Of a stretch of DNA of 64,000 bases, positions 19,101 to 27,706 are shown in pieces. The position numbers were made by a program, and so were the translations under genes. Under the pieces are notes generated by a model. It saw only the letters and a list, made by a program, of their open reading frames with translations, had not been told where the DNA came from and searched no databases. Where the stretch lies: contig OZ244057.1 in the NCBI GenBank assembly GCA_965215515.1, positions 224,001-288,000 on the forward strand. The letters are read 5' to 3'. Every line of letters begins with the position of its first letter. Position 1 is the first letter of the stretch. Source of the stretch: Oligoflexales bacterium (GTDB taxonomy: Bacteria > Bdellovibrionota_B > Oligoflexia > Oligoflexales > JAPPIL01).

Positions 19101-19342
19101 TGACTGGACAACATGAATGGAAAAAAGAATGTCTTGGGGATGACTATCCCACTCTCGTTCAGCATGGCGATGATAGCGCCATGCAGGAAGCTCTACAAAC
19201 ACTACTTAATTGTGCTACAGAGGCTGAGAAAAAAGAAGGTAACATGCATGGTTTTATAACTGCAGCTAGAATCAGAGGCGGATTAAATAATCTTTGCCCT
19301 TCAGGAGAAAATATAAATGATCTTGTGATCTACCTTGAGTAG
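16190..19342 (+). CDS. Giant type IV pilin-like protein with a Pro linker and Cys-rich repeat region
   Basis: RTRAG|LSLVELMVAVAVIGIL prepilin motif, QARRGEAKSNL, poly-Pro, about 90 Cys by manual count. Confidence 0.9.
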   Translation: MVRTRAGLSLVELMVAVAVIGILVALALPRYHAFLAQARRGEAKSNLAHLASLQAVYKIEHFRYYSGSALLAPDGGIGYKNEDGTRGDCGDYADDRDLGLNNHLGFRPQACGQLRYFYQLRPGNVAVAFAYADAEGRYIYPDCHGGGREECDYTRGDAVRMALRDAKPTVCRNITKYCPAGMGTPPPPPPPTPTPPPPPPCDPTTQCCDGNTEVANTFSLTCNGWWGTFNDSAPNKGCCRRCGCTPWQPAVSDSRTDPNACEGESRYEYEPQTRTCSGPPPCPAATRTVQRTVRGTKDCTGCVCPDWPDLPARTDPNSCEDRFEDETQRRDCTGTPPPGITCSETRTAQRKVKGGIMPTPCSGLLQWVGDPYCECQCLYATAAEADITCPSATPTWNSTTCQCECPLTATDCPHGVDSANCTCSPKDEGQECRQRNMSNYCCSEEGTGGVIPSGDNCDDAYTISWNTDLDPDACDCSAIETEEPEGCKEDNHNTHYCCSNGGVLQDDPCINPTSDYTVIWTAPTLWTVGGCVCAKKSIEECDENTNSNYCCTNARVHSVDIRDDIRNDGDKRCMGGYTVNWNGNSVPPSCECATGVVTLPPESEGCAENTNGNYCCDASDNMSSHADGGCGDDSRKVYWNSASGECECSEEPSDAAATLPEKIPTPEPEVCDNQCEKTKCEEESQAQWFDIDNSDSKACTCECNDSSYKWVYPHSRGYTLTSTANNVLNSITTALGIAPLSCNQEGACVCDDSEACCDGDAIRSSCTDEPDNNNYYVLQKYPHCCTDCECTLTYRDLCKGVSMQLTPESVICRNSIPECMTKGYNLAATSKWVDGSKGTTKQEACKDTGGGWTSSESCDCGDGKTFEYKESDCEGGCVAMAPCPAPNKMLGGHCCHSSIEKSDYDNCTQAMGEWRNDCTCICHGEKEFVKDSKDSVWKCVYQHTIYQNCFTQATIDGNQNIVYLPTDPKHLTGQHEWKKECLGDDYPTLVQHGDDSAMQEALQTLLNCATEAEKKEGNMHGFITAARIRGGLNNLCPSGENINDLVIYLE

Positions 19343-20554
19343 GAGGGGAGGCTTGTGATCTGTCTTTATCAAAACCGTAGTAAGATAACACAATGCGTAA
19401 TTTTCTTTCTCGTCATCATGTTGAGCAGCTGCATCATCAAGAGCGAGCTAGCTGCACCAAAGTTTGTACTATCATTCAATCTGCGGGCGGTTGAAACCTT
19501 ATCGAAGAGAATTCACCAGCCACAGTGGATGATAAGTTACCGCTACGGGGAAGCTTGTACGGTGGGAGAAAAACAAAACAGTGCTGAGCTAGAGGCATTG
19601 ATTAGTGAAACGTTGCGGGTATGGATAGAGCCTTTGCGAGAATTGAATTTACCGCGTCCTCTGACTGATCGTTTTGTTTATCGTCGCACCAACGTAGAGA
19701 GAGGGGAAGAAGAGGCAAAAGATCACGGCAATGATGATTTCTATGTACTATTTACCTGCGAAGAAGGTAGATCGTTCGCGAAATTGGGACACTTCTCAGA
19801 GCCTTATATTGGTATACAAGGAGGCACAGCGTTAACCCGCCGACTTAAATATGCTCTTACCCATGAAATCGGTCATGCCTTCGGTCTCGGTGATGCTTAT
19901 ATAATAGGATGGAACAAAGATATGGGTGGTCTTGAGGCTACTGCAGGTAAGCAGCCACCGTCGATAATGTCGGGTCACTTCTTCAACAGCCCCCCGCAGC
20001 CTTATCTCAGCAAAGATGACAGACGCGGCATAGTGTGGATCTACAAGCACATTCACGAGGGCACAAATACCAAAGACTGTTTCTTCCCCGACTATGTGTA
20101 TGAAGAATCGCCTCACCCTGGCTGCCGTCCTAAAAACATATTGATCTTTGAGATCAAACAAAGGCACAGTGAGTACGCTGTCCAAATGCTTGACGAAGAC
20201 CCAACCATCGATATCAACGAACAAGATGATGGTGGCTTCACTGCCTTGCATTATGCAGTCATGCATGAACAAGTAAAGGTGGTGAAAAAATTACTAGCAC
20301 ATAAGGATATCAAGCCTTTTTTGCGTAACAAGCAAGGCAGTAGTGCATTGAAAATTGCACGTGAAGCTGAGCTCGAACACATGATCGCCTTGTTGCTGCA
20401 GCACCCTCTGACCTTGCCAGTCGAGCCACAAAGTAAAAAGATTGTCAGATGGGGCGAATTGAAAAAAGAGTAGCATGTCCTGAGTTGCGTGGGTAGGGCG
20501 CTTAATTTAATTTTTTGAGCGACAGAAGGCCTGATTTTGCGGTGTTTTGTCTGT
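19190..20554 (+). repeat. Intact arm of the inverted duplication paired with 12166..13081
   Basis: Homology from gctctacaaac to gtgttttgtctgt. Confidence 0.93.
19355..20473 (+). CDS. Lipoprotein with metzincin-like Zn protease domain and ankyrin repeats
   Basis: LSSC lipobox, HEIGHAFGLGD, SIMS Met-turn, GFTALHYAV and GSSALKIA ankyrin motifs; strong RBS. Confidence 0.9.
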   Translation: MICLYQNRSKITQCVIFFLVIMLSSCIIKSELAAPKFVLSFNLRAVETLSKRIHQPQWMISYRYGEACTVGEKQNSAELEALISETLRVWIEPLRELNLPRPLTDRFVYRRTNVERGEEEAKDHGNDDFYVLFTCEEGRSFAKLGHFSEPYIGIQGGTALTRRLKYALTHEIGHAFGLGDAYIIGWNKDMGGLEATAGKQPPSIMSGHFFNSPPQPYLSKDDRRGIVWIYKHIHEGTNTKDCFFPDYVYEESPHPGCRPKNILIFEIKQRHSEYAVQMLDEDPTIDINEQDDGGFTALHYAVMHEQVKVVKKLLAHKDIKPFLRNKQGSSALKIAREAELEHMIALLLQHPLTLPVEPQSKKIVRWGELKKE

Positions 20555-20560
20555 TGTCCG

Positions 20561-21730
20561 TCATGCACCGTTAATAACGTGCCAGCATACGCTACCGTCT
20601 GTGTGGGTGATTTTGACCAATGCACGGTTCTTGGTGTTGTCATCGCCCGCGGCAATCCCGCTATCTTGTGCCTTCGTGCCCCACACAGCGGCGTTGCGGG
20701 TGTCTCCCCAAGCATGCCAAGTATAACCACCATTGGCAGAGGTGAACACCGTGACGGTATCGCTAGCATTGCTGGGCTTAACGCCGAGATTGACCATAAC
20801 CTTGCCGTTGCTCGCCGTGACCGCCGCAGTGTCCGCAAGACGCAGAGGGCAACTCGCGGTAAAATCGTGACCGCCAATGATTGCCGCACGATAAAAAGTA
20901 AAACTACAGCCTGCACCGCTACCGATGAAAAACAGGTTCGCCACCGTCCCCCAATCTGCACCGTCTTCGTGGCGCAAAGCCGCGACAGGGTGCGCTACAG
21001 TTGTGCCGACGAGCACGGGATAAGCTCTCTGCAATGCTGTATCGGTAGCGATGAAAAGCTCTGGATCACTGCCTGCAGTGCAGTTCTCCAGCCGCAGTTC
21101 ACCGAAGTCCAGTCTGTTGTCAGGAGGAGGAGTAGCGGAATCTCCGTCGTCTGGCTCATAGATAATATTGTCGAGCGTAAACGGCTGCCCTTCCTTTATC
21201 ACACCACCTCTAGCGGTTAGACAGGGGGCAGCAGAACAGCCAACCACAAAGGGAAAACTAGCAGTCACCGCCACGCCATTGTCCATATTATCATCGGTGG
21301 CATCGATGCTTGTTTCTGCCTCAAAACGACAGCGATCCCCTACCTCAGCGAGATTGCTGTCGATAGTAAACTCAAAGACAGCCGTGCCCGTCGGACTATC
21401 TGTGCTGGGATCCTCGTTAGCCTCGGCACTCTTCTCATTCTGCGTCTTCGTCGTCGTACCACACACCAACTTGGCTTTTATCCTGTCGTCACGTTGCGTC
21501 GCCTGCCAGGTCGATTCTCCCGATACCATTACCATGATCTGCGCCGCAACCAACACCGTGTTGGTATTGCGTGCGGTGGGGAGAAACAACGAACTGCCAG
21601 GTGCAAACTCAGCGCGCGTGTTAGCAGTAACCATCTTGAAGACAGTGATCTCCAGTTTGTAGGTATCGGTCGCCCGCGCTACTCCGCTGCTGAACAACAT
21701 CAGCAGAACGCTAAAAAGTAAGGTACGCAC
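20561..21730 (-). CDS. Secreted hypothetical protein
   Basis: Signal peptide ending GVARA; 389 aa; co-directional with 21752..22969. Confidence 0.75.
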   Translation of the reverse strand: MRTLLFSVLLMLFSSGVARATDTYKLEITVFKMVTANTRAEFAPGSSLFLPTARNTNTVLVAAQIMVMVSGESTWQATQRDDRIKAKLVCGTTTKTQNEKSAEANEDPSTDSPTGTAVFEFTIDSNLAEVGDRCRFEAETSIDATDDNMDNGVAVTASFPFVVGCSAAPCLTARGGVIKEGQPFTLDNIIYEPDDGDSATPPPDNRLDFGELRLENCTAGSDPELFIATDTALQRAYPVLVGTTVAHPVAALRHEDGADWGTVANLFFIGSGAGCSFTFYRAAIIGGHDFTASCPLRLADTAAVTASNGKVMVNLGVKPSNASDTVTVFTSANGGYTWHAWGDTRNAAVWGTKAQDSGIAAGDDNTKNRALVKITHTDGSVCWHVINGA

Positions 21731-21751
21731 CCTCAGCCCCTCGACAAAAAA

Positions 21752-22969
21752 TTACCGATACAACCAATAATCTGTGCCATTTCTGCTAACTTTAAGCAAC
21801 ACATGACTCATCTCCGCAACCCAATCTATCTCGGTAGCGACATCGCCTTCTTGCCACACAGTAGTGCTATGCTTTTCCCAGTTGAAGAACGCAGCATCGA
21901 GGACATACATGACAATCGCCGTGCCGATTCCCGCGGGAAGAGCTGGCAAGGTGATCTGCACTTTGTTGTTTGCTTCCGCCACACTTAGGTCACTGCTACG
22001 TGGAGCACTGTCATCCACCTGCAGGTCGAGTACCGCCAACGCCCCCCCGACCGACAACACATAATCACAGTCGTCACGAGGAACAGCTGTTCCCCGTGCG
22101 GCAAAGATAATGTTGAGATCGCCATCCGCATCAGGAGTTAGTGTCAGCCCGTCGGTATCGAACTGCGTCATTACACCGTCATCGTCAAGATAAAAGGCGG
22201 TGAGACCACGCATACAGCTGTCTCCTCTCTGCTGAGGAAAGCCGTCTATCTTAACCCGCACCTCCTCCTCCGCCCAGATACCGCTAACTCTAAACAGGCG
22301 GTTGATGTGCACCTGCTCCACCGCGGGCACAGCCAGAAAACTCCAGTGCTCACCTACTTGCAACATCGCCTGATTGTGGGTGATGTTCTGCACGTTGTAG
22401 AGCAACGCACTTTTGTTCGTCTGTGCGTCTTCCTGCCACCGCAAGTCGCGCTGCTCTGTCCACTTTCTGCCCTCATTGACCGACACGAATAAGCGTGCGG
22501 CGACACTCGGCTCAACCCCCAACTCAACCTGCAACTCATCGCCTTCCTCACCGCGCTGCCACTTGCCGAGAGCCTTCAGCAACCCAGCAGCATGATTTTT
22601 CTTCGTGCTACCTACCACCTCGTACTCTTCCTCCCCCACCAGTAACTTGCAGCCCGTCGGCACCGCGACACGACTGAGAAAGAAGACACCTGTAGCTTCA
22701 CCCTCAGCGTTAGTTTTGATGTCAGACTGCTTCAAGGTGTCACCATCCAACTGATAAAGCGTAACCCCAGCACATTTGTCGTTCAACGTGATCTCGGTAT
22801 CCCGATCGCCATCAAGAGAAAGTGACTTACCCGTTTCAATACTCTCAGGGACAGCTGGTTCTTTCCCCTCCTTCCCGTGCACTTTGATTTCGGTCTCACA
22901 CCTTGTCAGCATCAAAAACAACACAGCAACACCGCTGGCAAGCATCCTGACAATGAGAGACATCGGCAC
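21752..22969 (-). CDS. Hypothetical lipoprotein/secreted protein
   Basis: Hydrophobic N-terminus with LTRC; 405 aa. Confidence 0.75.
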   Translation of the reverse strand: MPMSLIVRMLASGVAVLFLMLTRCETEIKVHGKEGKEPAVPESIETGKSLSLDGDRDTEITLNDKCAGVTLYQLDGDTLKQSDIKTNAEGEATGVFFLSRVAVPTGCKLLVGEEEYEVVGSTKKNHAAGLLKALGKWQRGEEGDELQVELGVEPSVAARLFVSVNEGRKWTEQRDLRWQEDAQTNKSALLYNVQNITHNQAMLQVGEHWSFLAVPAVEQVHINRLFRVSGIWAEEEVRVKIDGFPQQRGDSCMRGLTAFYLDDDGVMTQFDTDGLTLTPDADGDLNIIFAARGTAVPRDDCDYVLSVGGALAVLDLQVDDSAPRSSDLSVAEANNKVQITLPALPAGIGTAIVMYVLDAAFFNWEKHSTTVWQEGDVATEIDWVAEMSHVLLKVSRNGTDYWLYR

Positions 22970-23104
22970 TCCCTGTCCAAAAAAACGACCGCTCAGTTAG
23001 CTGAACATGTTATGCCCTAAGACGCAATAGCTTGTTTTTTATAAAACAAAAAACATTACGATATTTTCAAGTTTTTCTAGAATAATAGCTTGCTGAAATT
23101 TTTG

Positions 23105-23131
23105 CCAGGGCATCGCTTGTCAATGCCCTGG
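23105..23131. terminator. Hairpin downstream of 23161..24900
   Basis: CCAGGGCAT...ATGCCCTGG inverted repeat. Confidence 0.45.
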
Positions 23132-23160
23132 GTTAAATTCCAGCTCTGGCTAGTGGTATG

Positions 23161-24900
23161 TTAGTGCCCCTCATGTGCTTCAAGATCAGACATTCCCTCA
23201 TAGTCGAAATCGTTGCGGGCCGAGAAAACACCCGCGGGGAAGTCAATTAGAAATGCCTTACCTCCATCTATCCGATTGATTGCGTACTTGATCGAAGGCA
23301 CACTCAACGGCAAACCGATAGATCCTGCGAGAACGGCATTGCGGCGTGTTCGGTGAAATTCACGCAACGCCTTCATCCCATCTGTGCGGCGTTCTGAAGT
23401 GCCTGTCAACAGGGCACGCTCAAGTTGTAGCCAACGCCGGTGTGTCAGGGTGGTCTCAGCACCTGCCATGCCCACCCAGACAAAGTTAACAGCCGTGGCC
23501 GCGATGATCACATGGCTCATCAAATTGACCCCCGCCAGCGGAGGAAAGAGCGCGGTAAGCAATTTCTGAGCGGGCCAAACAGCAAATGGAGTCATTTCGA
23601 CCATTGCGGTAACTGCCCTGATAATACGTATTGTGCGTGGATCACGGTTCTCGTGCTGGTAGCGATTGAGCAGATGGTGGACAACCACACTGTGCTGTGG
23701 CTCTTGCAAGACTACCTGTGCCGTAGCTAGCTCGTTAACGATACTCCACTGATAGAGTTTCTTGTCAGAAAATTGGGGGGACTGCTGACGCAACTCAAGC
23801 CAGCGTTCGATGGTGGTGCGCTGCATCTCAGTGAGGGAACGGACAACCGTTGTCACGCTAACCTCACTTAGCAGGGGATTTTTTATATCTCCCACGTCGT
23901 AGCCGATATCCTTCTGCAACCCGAACCGTTGCAAAAGATCGAGTCCGCCCTTGTACTGGAGATAGATGTTTCCCGCTCTTTGCCTGAAGGTCGGAGCGAA
24001 CATAAGGGGCAAGAAGCCACGCCGTGCCGCGGTAAAGAGAGTCATCTCATAATCGTGATAAAGGCGCTGCACTAGCAAGTTATCAAAGTTAGTTTCCTTG
24101 AAGATAAAAAACGAAGTTTTGTTGGTGTCTTTGAGGCGCGATAGAGCGGTGATAATCCTGTTCAGCTTAACAATTGTTTTGTTAACTGCCGCGGTAACTT
24201 GCTCGCTATCCGTGAAGATGTGCTCCTGAAAATCATCATCGCCATGTTGCATCTGTAAATGCTGGCAGTCTGCTGCAGCCACTTCTCGACAGATAGCCAT
24301 GTAGTCCTGCTGTGCGAAGGGGAACAGGCGATAGTATTTCCTGACGCTTTGCGCGGTGAGCTCCCGCATCTTGCTCACTAATGCTTGGGCGAAGCTATCT
24401 TTGGCTTGCTCGCTAACTTCAACAGTATCGTGCTGATCAGCTTTGACCTGCTGATAAAAGGTGAGATTGGCTGCTTCAGGATCGATATGTGTCGCGTCGG
24501 CAGAACGTATTCTATCCAGAATCAGAATCGCCAAGCCCTGCACTCGCTCACCCAGCTCGTTCATATCGTCAACCGCCGCAGGCTGTGATGTGGTATCTGC
24601 CCTTGCCAACATCGCAAAAGCCAGGAAACTGCGCAGTTTGTGCTGCCAGCGGCGCACTTCCGTCTGCTGCTCAGCGGTAAGCTCACCCTGCTCAAGTGCC
24701 AGCTGGGTGCGACTGACAAGTTCATGCAATTCTGTGTAATCTGTTGACAGTTTTTTCTCGAAAGCGAGATGGTAGTCGATTTGCAACTCCCTATAATCAG
24801 GTACATGCTCGTCAGCGCTGCTGCCCGAAAAAACCGTCAACAAAGGCATACAAGACACAAAAACACTGCAAAGTAAGATAGCTACGCTATGCATGGACAC
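23161..24900 (-). CDS. Hypothetical lipoprotein with C-terminal hydrophobic helices
   Basis: FVSC lipobox, 579 aa; paralog of 1..1267. Confidence 0.8.
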   Translation of the reverse strand: MSMHSVAILLCSVFVSCMPLLTVFSGSSADEHVPDYRELQIDYHLAFEKKLSTDYTELHELVSRTQLALEQGELTAEQQTEVRRWQHKLRSFLAFAMLARADTTSQPAAVDDMNELGERVQGLAILILDRIRSADATHIDPEAANLTFYQQVKADQHDTVEVSEQAKDSFAQALVSKMRELTAQSVRKYYRLFPFAQQDYMAICREVAAADCQHLQMQHGDDDFQEHIFTDSEQVTAAVNKTIVKLNRIITALSRLKDTNKTSFFIFKETNFDNLLVQRLYHDYEMTLFTAARRGFLPLMFAPTFRQRAGNIYLQYKGGLDLLQRFGLQKDIGYDVGDIKNPLLSEVSVTTVVRSLTEMQRTTIERWLELRQQSPQFSDKKLYQWSIVNELATAQVVLQEPQHSVVVHHLLNRYQHENRDPRTIRIIRAVTAMVEMTPFAVWPAQKLLTALFPPLAGVNLMSHVIIAATAVNFVWVGMAGAETTLTHRRWLQLERALLTGTSERRTDGMKALREFHRTRRNAVLAGSIGLPLSVPSIKYAINRIDGGKAFLIDFPAGVFSARNDFDYEGMSDLEAHEGH

Positions 24901-25033
24901 CTCTCTGGTTTAGTTTATAGTGCTCTCATCCTGTATGCGAGGCTGCATAAACCATGCCATAGTGTAGATGCTCCCTAAAAAACGACGAGCGGGAACTGGA
25001 AATCAAAAAGGGGTTAACGCACTCGCTACTCCC

Positions 25034-27622
25034 CTAGTTTCCAACTTGCACACAGACACGCGGTTGGTCGTCCAACAAGCGTGCACTCAATGCCGTGAGG
25101 TCGGCGGCGTTTACTCCGTGTATTTTGCAGGGGTAGAGATCGAGATGCGTGTGCCCAACGCCGAACAGTTGCATGCGGGCAAGGTGCATAACCTGGCGGT
25201 CACCGCGACTCATCTCGTTGTGCCAATTCCCCGCGAGGAACTGTCGGGCACGAGCAATTTCCTCTGTCGTAGGAGGTTTGCCCCGCTGCAGTTCAAGGGT
25301 AATGGTTTCCCTCACTTGCTCGGCGTTGTCGGATACACAGGCAGTGTAGACACCGAGCACACCCGCGCTGACCGCGTAGGTAAGAATAGGTGCGACAGTG
25401 TAAACCAACCCTCGCTGTTCACGCAGCGTGTTGAATAGACGTTGTTCTTTGATTTTCAACAACACGTCGAGGGCAGCACGTTGCGTATCTTGCCAGGTAA
25501 TGCCACGCCAGCCATAGAAGATGTGGCACTGCTCCCTCGCCTTCGGGTAAGAGTGCACACAACTTGCAGACAGAGCAGGCGGAGATACCCGTTCTAGGGT
25601 GTGTGCGGGAGGAGAGAAATCACCCAGTTCTTCTCGCAACAAATCGCACAACGGCGCGCTAGGCATGGCAAGACTGGCAGCGAACACCCAATTGCTGCGG
25701 GTCAGGCAACTATCCCAACTCTGCTGCAACATGTCGGGATTGAAAAAGGCAGGATTCGTGCCCTGCACAGGCAGGCTGTAGGGATGCCCCGCGAACAACG
25801 CGGCGCGCAGTTTTTGCATCCCAAAAGCAAAAGGGTCTTCTTCCTGCAAGGCGATGCTGTCGGCAATTTCAGCCGCCACAGTCTGCCACCGCGCGGTAGG
25901 GAAACGTGCATGCAACAAGCAAGAAACAAAAATTTTGCTGAGGTGCATAGCATCCTGCTTGCGACACTGCAAATGCAAACCCAAACAGTCGGTATCGGAA
26001 AAACCGCTGAGGGCTGCCCCCCGTCCCTCTATCTCTAGAGCCAAGTGCTGATGCTCGTAGGTGCGGTTTTCCTGCCCCAACAAGGCTGCCAAGGCATGGT
26101 GTACACCGTTATTGCTGCCATCTTCGCAGGAGAGTCCGCCCGCGGTCACTGCACAGAGGTTGTACAGTTCGCTCGTGGTAGGCTGATGAATCAGCTGCAC
26201 ACCTTCCCGCACCTGCAACAACTGTCTCTGAAGACGCGGTCGCGGACGAGGTAAGACAGCCGCGGGACTCGACCTGTACGCCGCTTGTGCGGAGCTAAAA
26301 CTTGCCGTCAACTGTTCCTCACCCAGTGTGGTCTTCTCATCCACAGCACAGACGATGACGGCTTGTGTCCCATCTAGCCAGCGTGCCAGTGCCTGCTGCA
26401 CCAGTGGCGGAGATATTTTGTCCAGCAAGGCAAGGTAGCAGTCACTGAACAGATATTTCCACGGCGTAGTCAGTCCGTAGGCGATATTGTCGGCGAAACC
26501 TGCAAATGTTTCGCACTGTGCGGCGAAATCAGCCTGCGCATTAGCTTGGGCACGTGCCAGCTCTGCGCTGGTAATCGGCTCGTGCTGCCGCAAGCGCGCT
26601 AGCTCCTCCCCCAAAGCTGCACTCAAGGCGAGGATGTTGTCTGGTGCAGTAAGGGTGGCGATCTCCAACATTCCCCAGCGTGCAGTAGCCGCGTTGCTGC
26701 ACGAGATGGCGGAGGCCAGTTGTCGGCGGTCACGCAGTCGGATCGGGAGACGGGCAGTATCACCGCTGCCGAGCGCGAAGGCGGCACAATCGAAAGCGAC
26801 GGTATCGATGTCGTCCTGACAGGGGGCGGGCAGTGCCAACAAAAGACGGGGTTTATGGTAATCACCGCGCAGCACGGTACTGCGCACACCCGCAGTGAAG
26901 GGCACATTGTCCGTGCTCGGGGGGGGCGGAGGACGATCGGGCACTGCACCAAACAGTTGCGCGATCTTCGCCTGTACCGCGGCAAGCTCGAACGACCCCA
27001 CCGCGATCACCGCGAGGTTGCGGGGGACGTAATGCGAACGATAGAAAGCACGCAGGTCTTCATCGTCAAAGGCACGCACAGCCGCAGTGCTGTCGCCGAG
27101 AATAGGGTGAACCTGTCCCTGTAGCGCGAGCTGTCGCGCCGCCTCGTACAGGCGATCGCTGGGGTCATCGTGGTAGTGCTTAATTTCCTCGCACACCACT
27201 TCTTTTTCTTTGGCAATTTCTGCCGTGCGCAGTTCGCTGTGATAGATGGCATCGTACAACGCCGCGATGCCGTCGCACGTATGGTCAGCGAGCAAGGTTA
27301 GGTGGTAGACAGTGCGATCGTAATCGGTGTAGGCATTGATGTCACCTCCCCAACTCTCGACTCGCTGCCACAGTTCGCCAGCCTTACTGCCTGGCGTGCC
27401 TTTGAACAGCATGTGCTCGACAAAATGCGCCATGCCATGCTGTTTCTGGCGCTCGTGCCACGCACCTACCTTCACCCACACTTGCAGGGCGGCACAGGGG
27501 ACACGATGATCCTCCGCGATCGACACCTCCGTACCATTGGCAAGAACTTCATAATGCATCGACTGGGGAAACCAGGCAGCTGTGACACCACCCAGGGTAA
27601 CAATGCTAGACAGCGCGCTCAA
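25034..27622 (-). CDS. M16 family Zn peptidase (two-domain insulinase-like)
   Basis: GMAHFVEHMLFKGT, INAYT; degenerate second domain with LREQRGLVY. Confidence 0.93.
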   Translation of the reverse strand: MSALSSIVTLGGVTAAWFPQSMHYEVLANGTEVSIAEDHRVPCAALQVWVKVGAWHERQKQHGMAHFVEHMLFKGTPGSKAGELWQRVESWGGDINAYTDYDRTVYHLTLLADHTCDGIAALYDAIYHSELRTAEIAKEKEVVCEEIKHYHDDPSDRLYEAARQLALQGQVHPILGDSTAAVRAFDDEDLRAFYRSHYVPRNLAVIAVGSFELAAVQAKIAQLFGAVPDRPPPPPSTDNVPFTAGVRSTVLRGDYHKPRLLLALPAPCQDDIDTVAFDCAAFALGSGDTARLPIRLRDRRQLASAISCSNAATARWGMLEIATLTAPDNILALSAALGEELARLRQHEPITSAELARAQANAQADFAAQCETFAGFADNIAYGLTTPWKYLFSDCYLALLDKISPPLVQQALARWLDGTQAVIVCAVDEKTTLGEEQLTASFSSAQAAYRSSPAAVLPRPRPRLQRQLLQVREGVQLIHQPTTSELYNLCAVTAGGLSCEDGSNNGVHHALAALLGQENRTYEHQHLALEIEGRGAALSGFSDTDCLGLHLQCRKQDAMHLSKIFVSCLLHARFPTARWQTVAAEIADSIALQEEDPFAFGMQKLRAALFAGHPYSLPVQGTNPAFFNPDMLQQSWDSCLTRSNWVFAASLAMPSAPLCDLLREELGDFSPPAHTLERVSPPALSASCVHSYPKAREQCHIFYGWRGITWQDTQRAALDVLLKIKEQRLFNTLREQRGLVYTVAPILTYAVSAGVLGVYTACVSDNAEQVRETITLELQRGKPPTTEEIARARQFLAGNWHNEMSRGDRQVMHLARMQLFGVGHTHLDLYPCKIHGVNAADLTALSARLLDDQPRVCVQVGN

Positions 27623-27706
27623 CTTGTTTTTTCGACAGAGGTTGGATGACGGCCCGCATTCTTTTTTTAGTCAGCTGGGTAGGGGAGGCTTGCTTCATCG
27701 GCTAGG

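Noticed and set aside
13082..19189. Site-specific shufflon
   Set aside because: No invertase or short crossover sites seen; any inversion would need homologous recombination
12166..20554. Diversity-generating retroelement TR/VR pair
   Set aside because: No reverse transcriptase in the window, differences are not adenine-specific, and the copy is long, inverted and deleted
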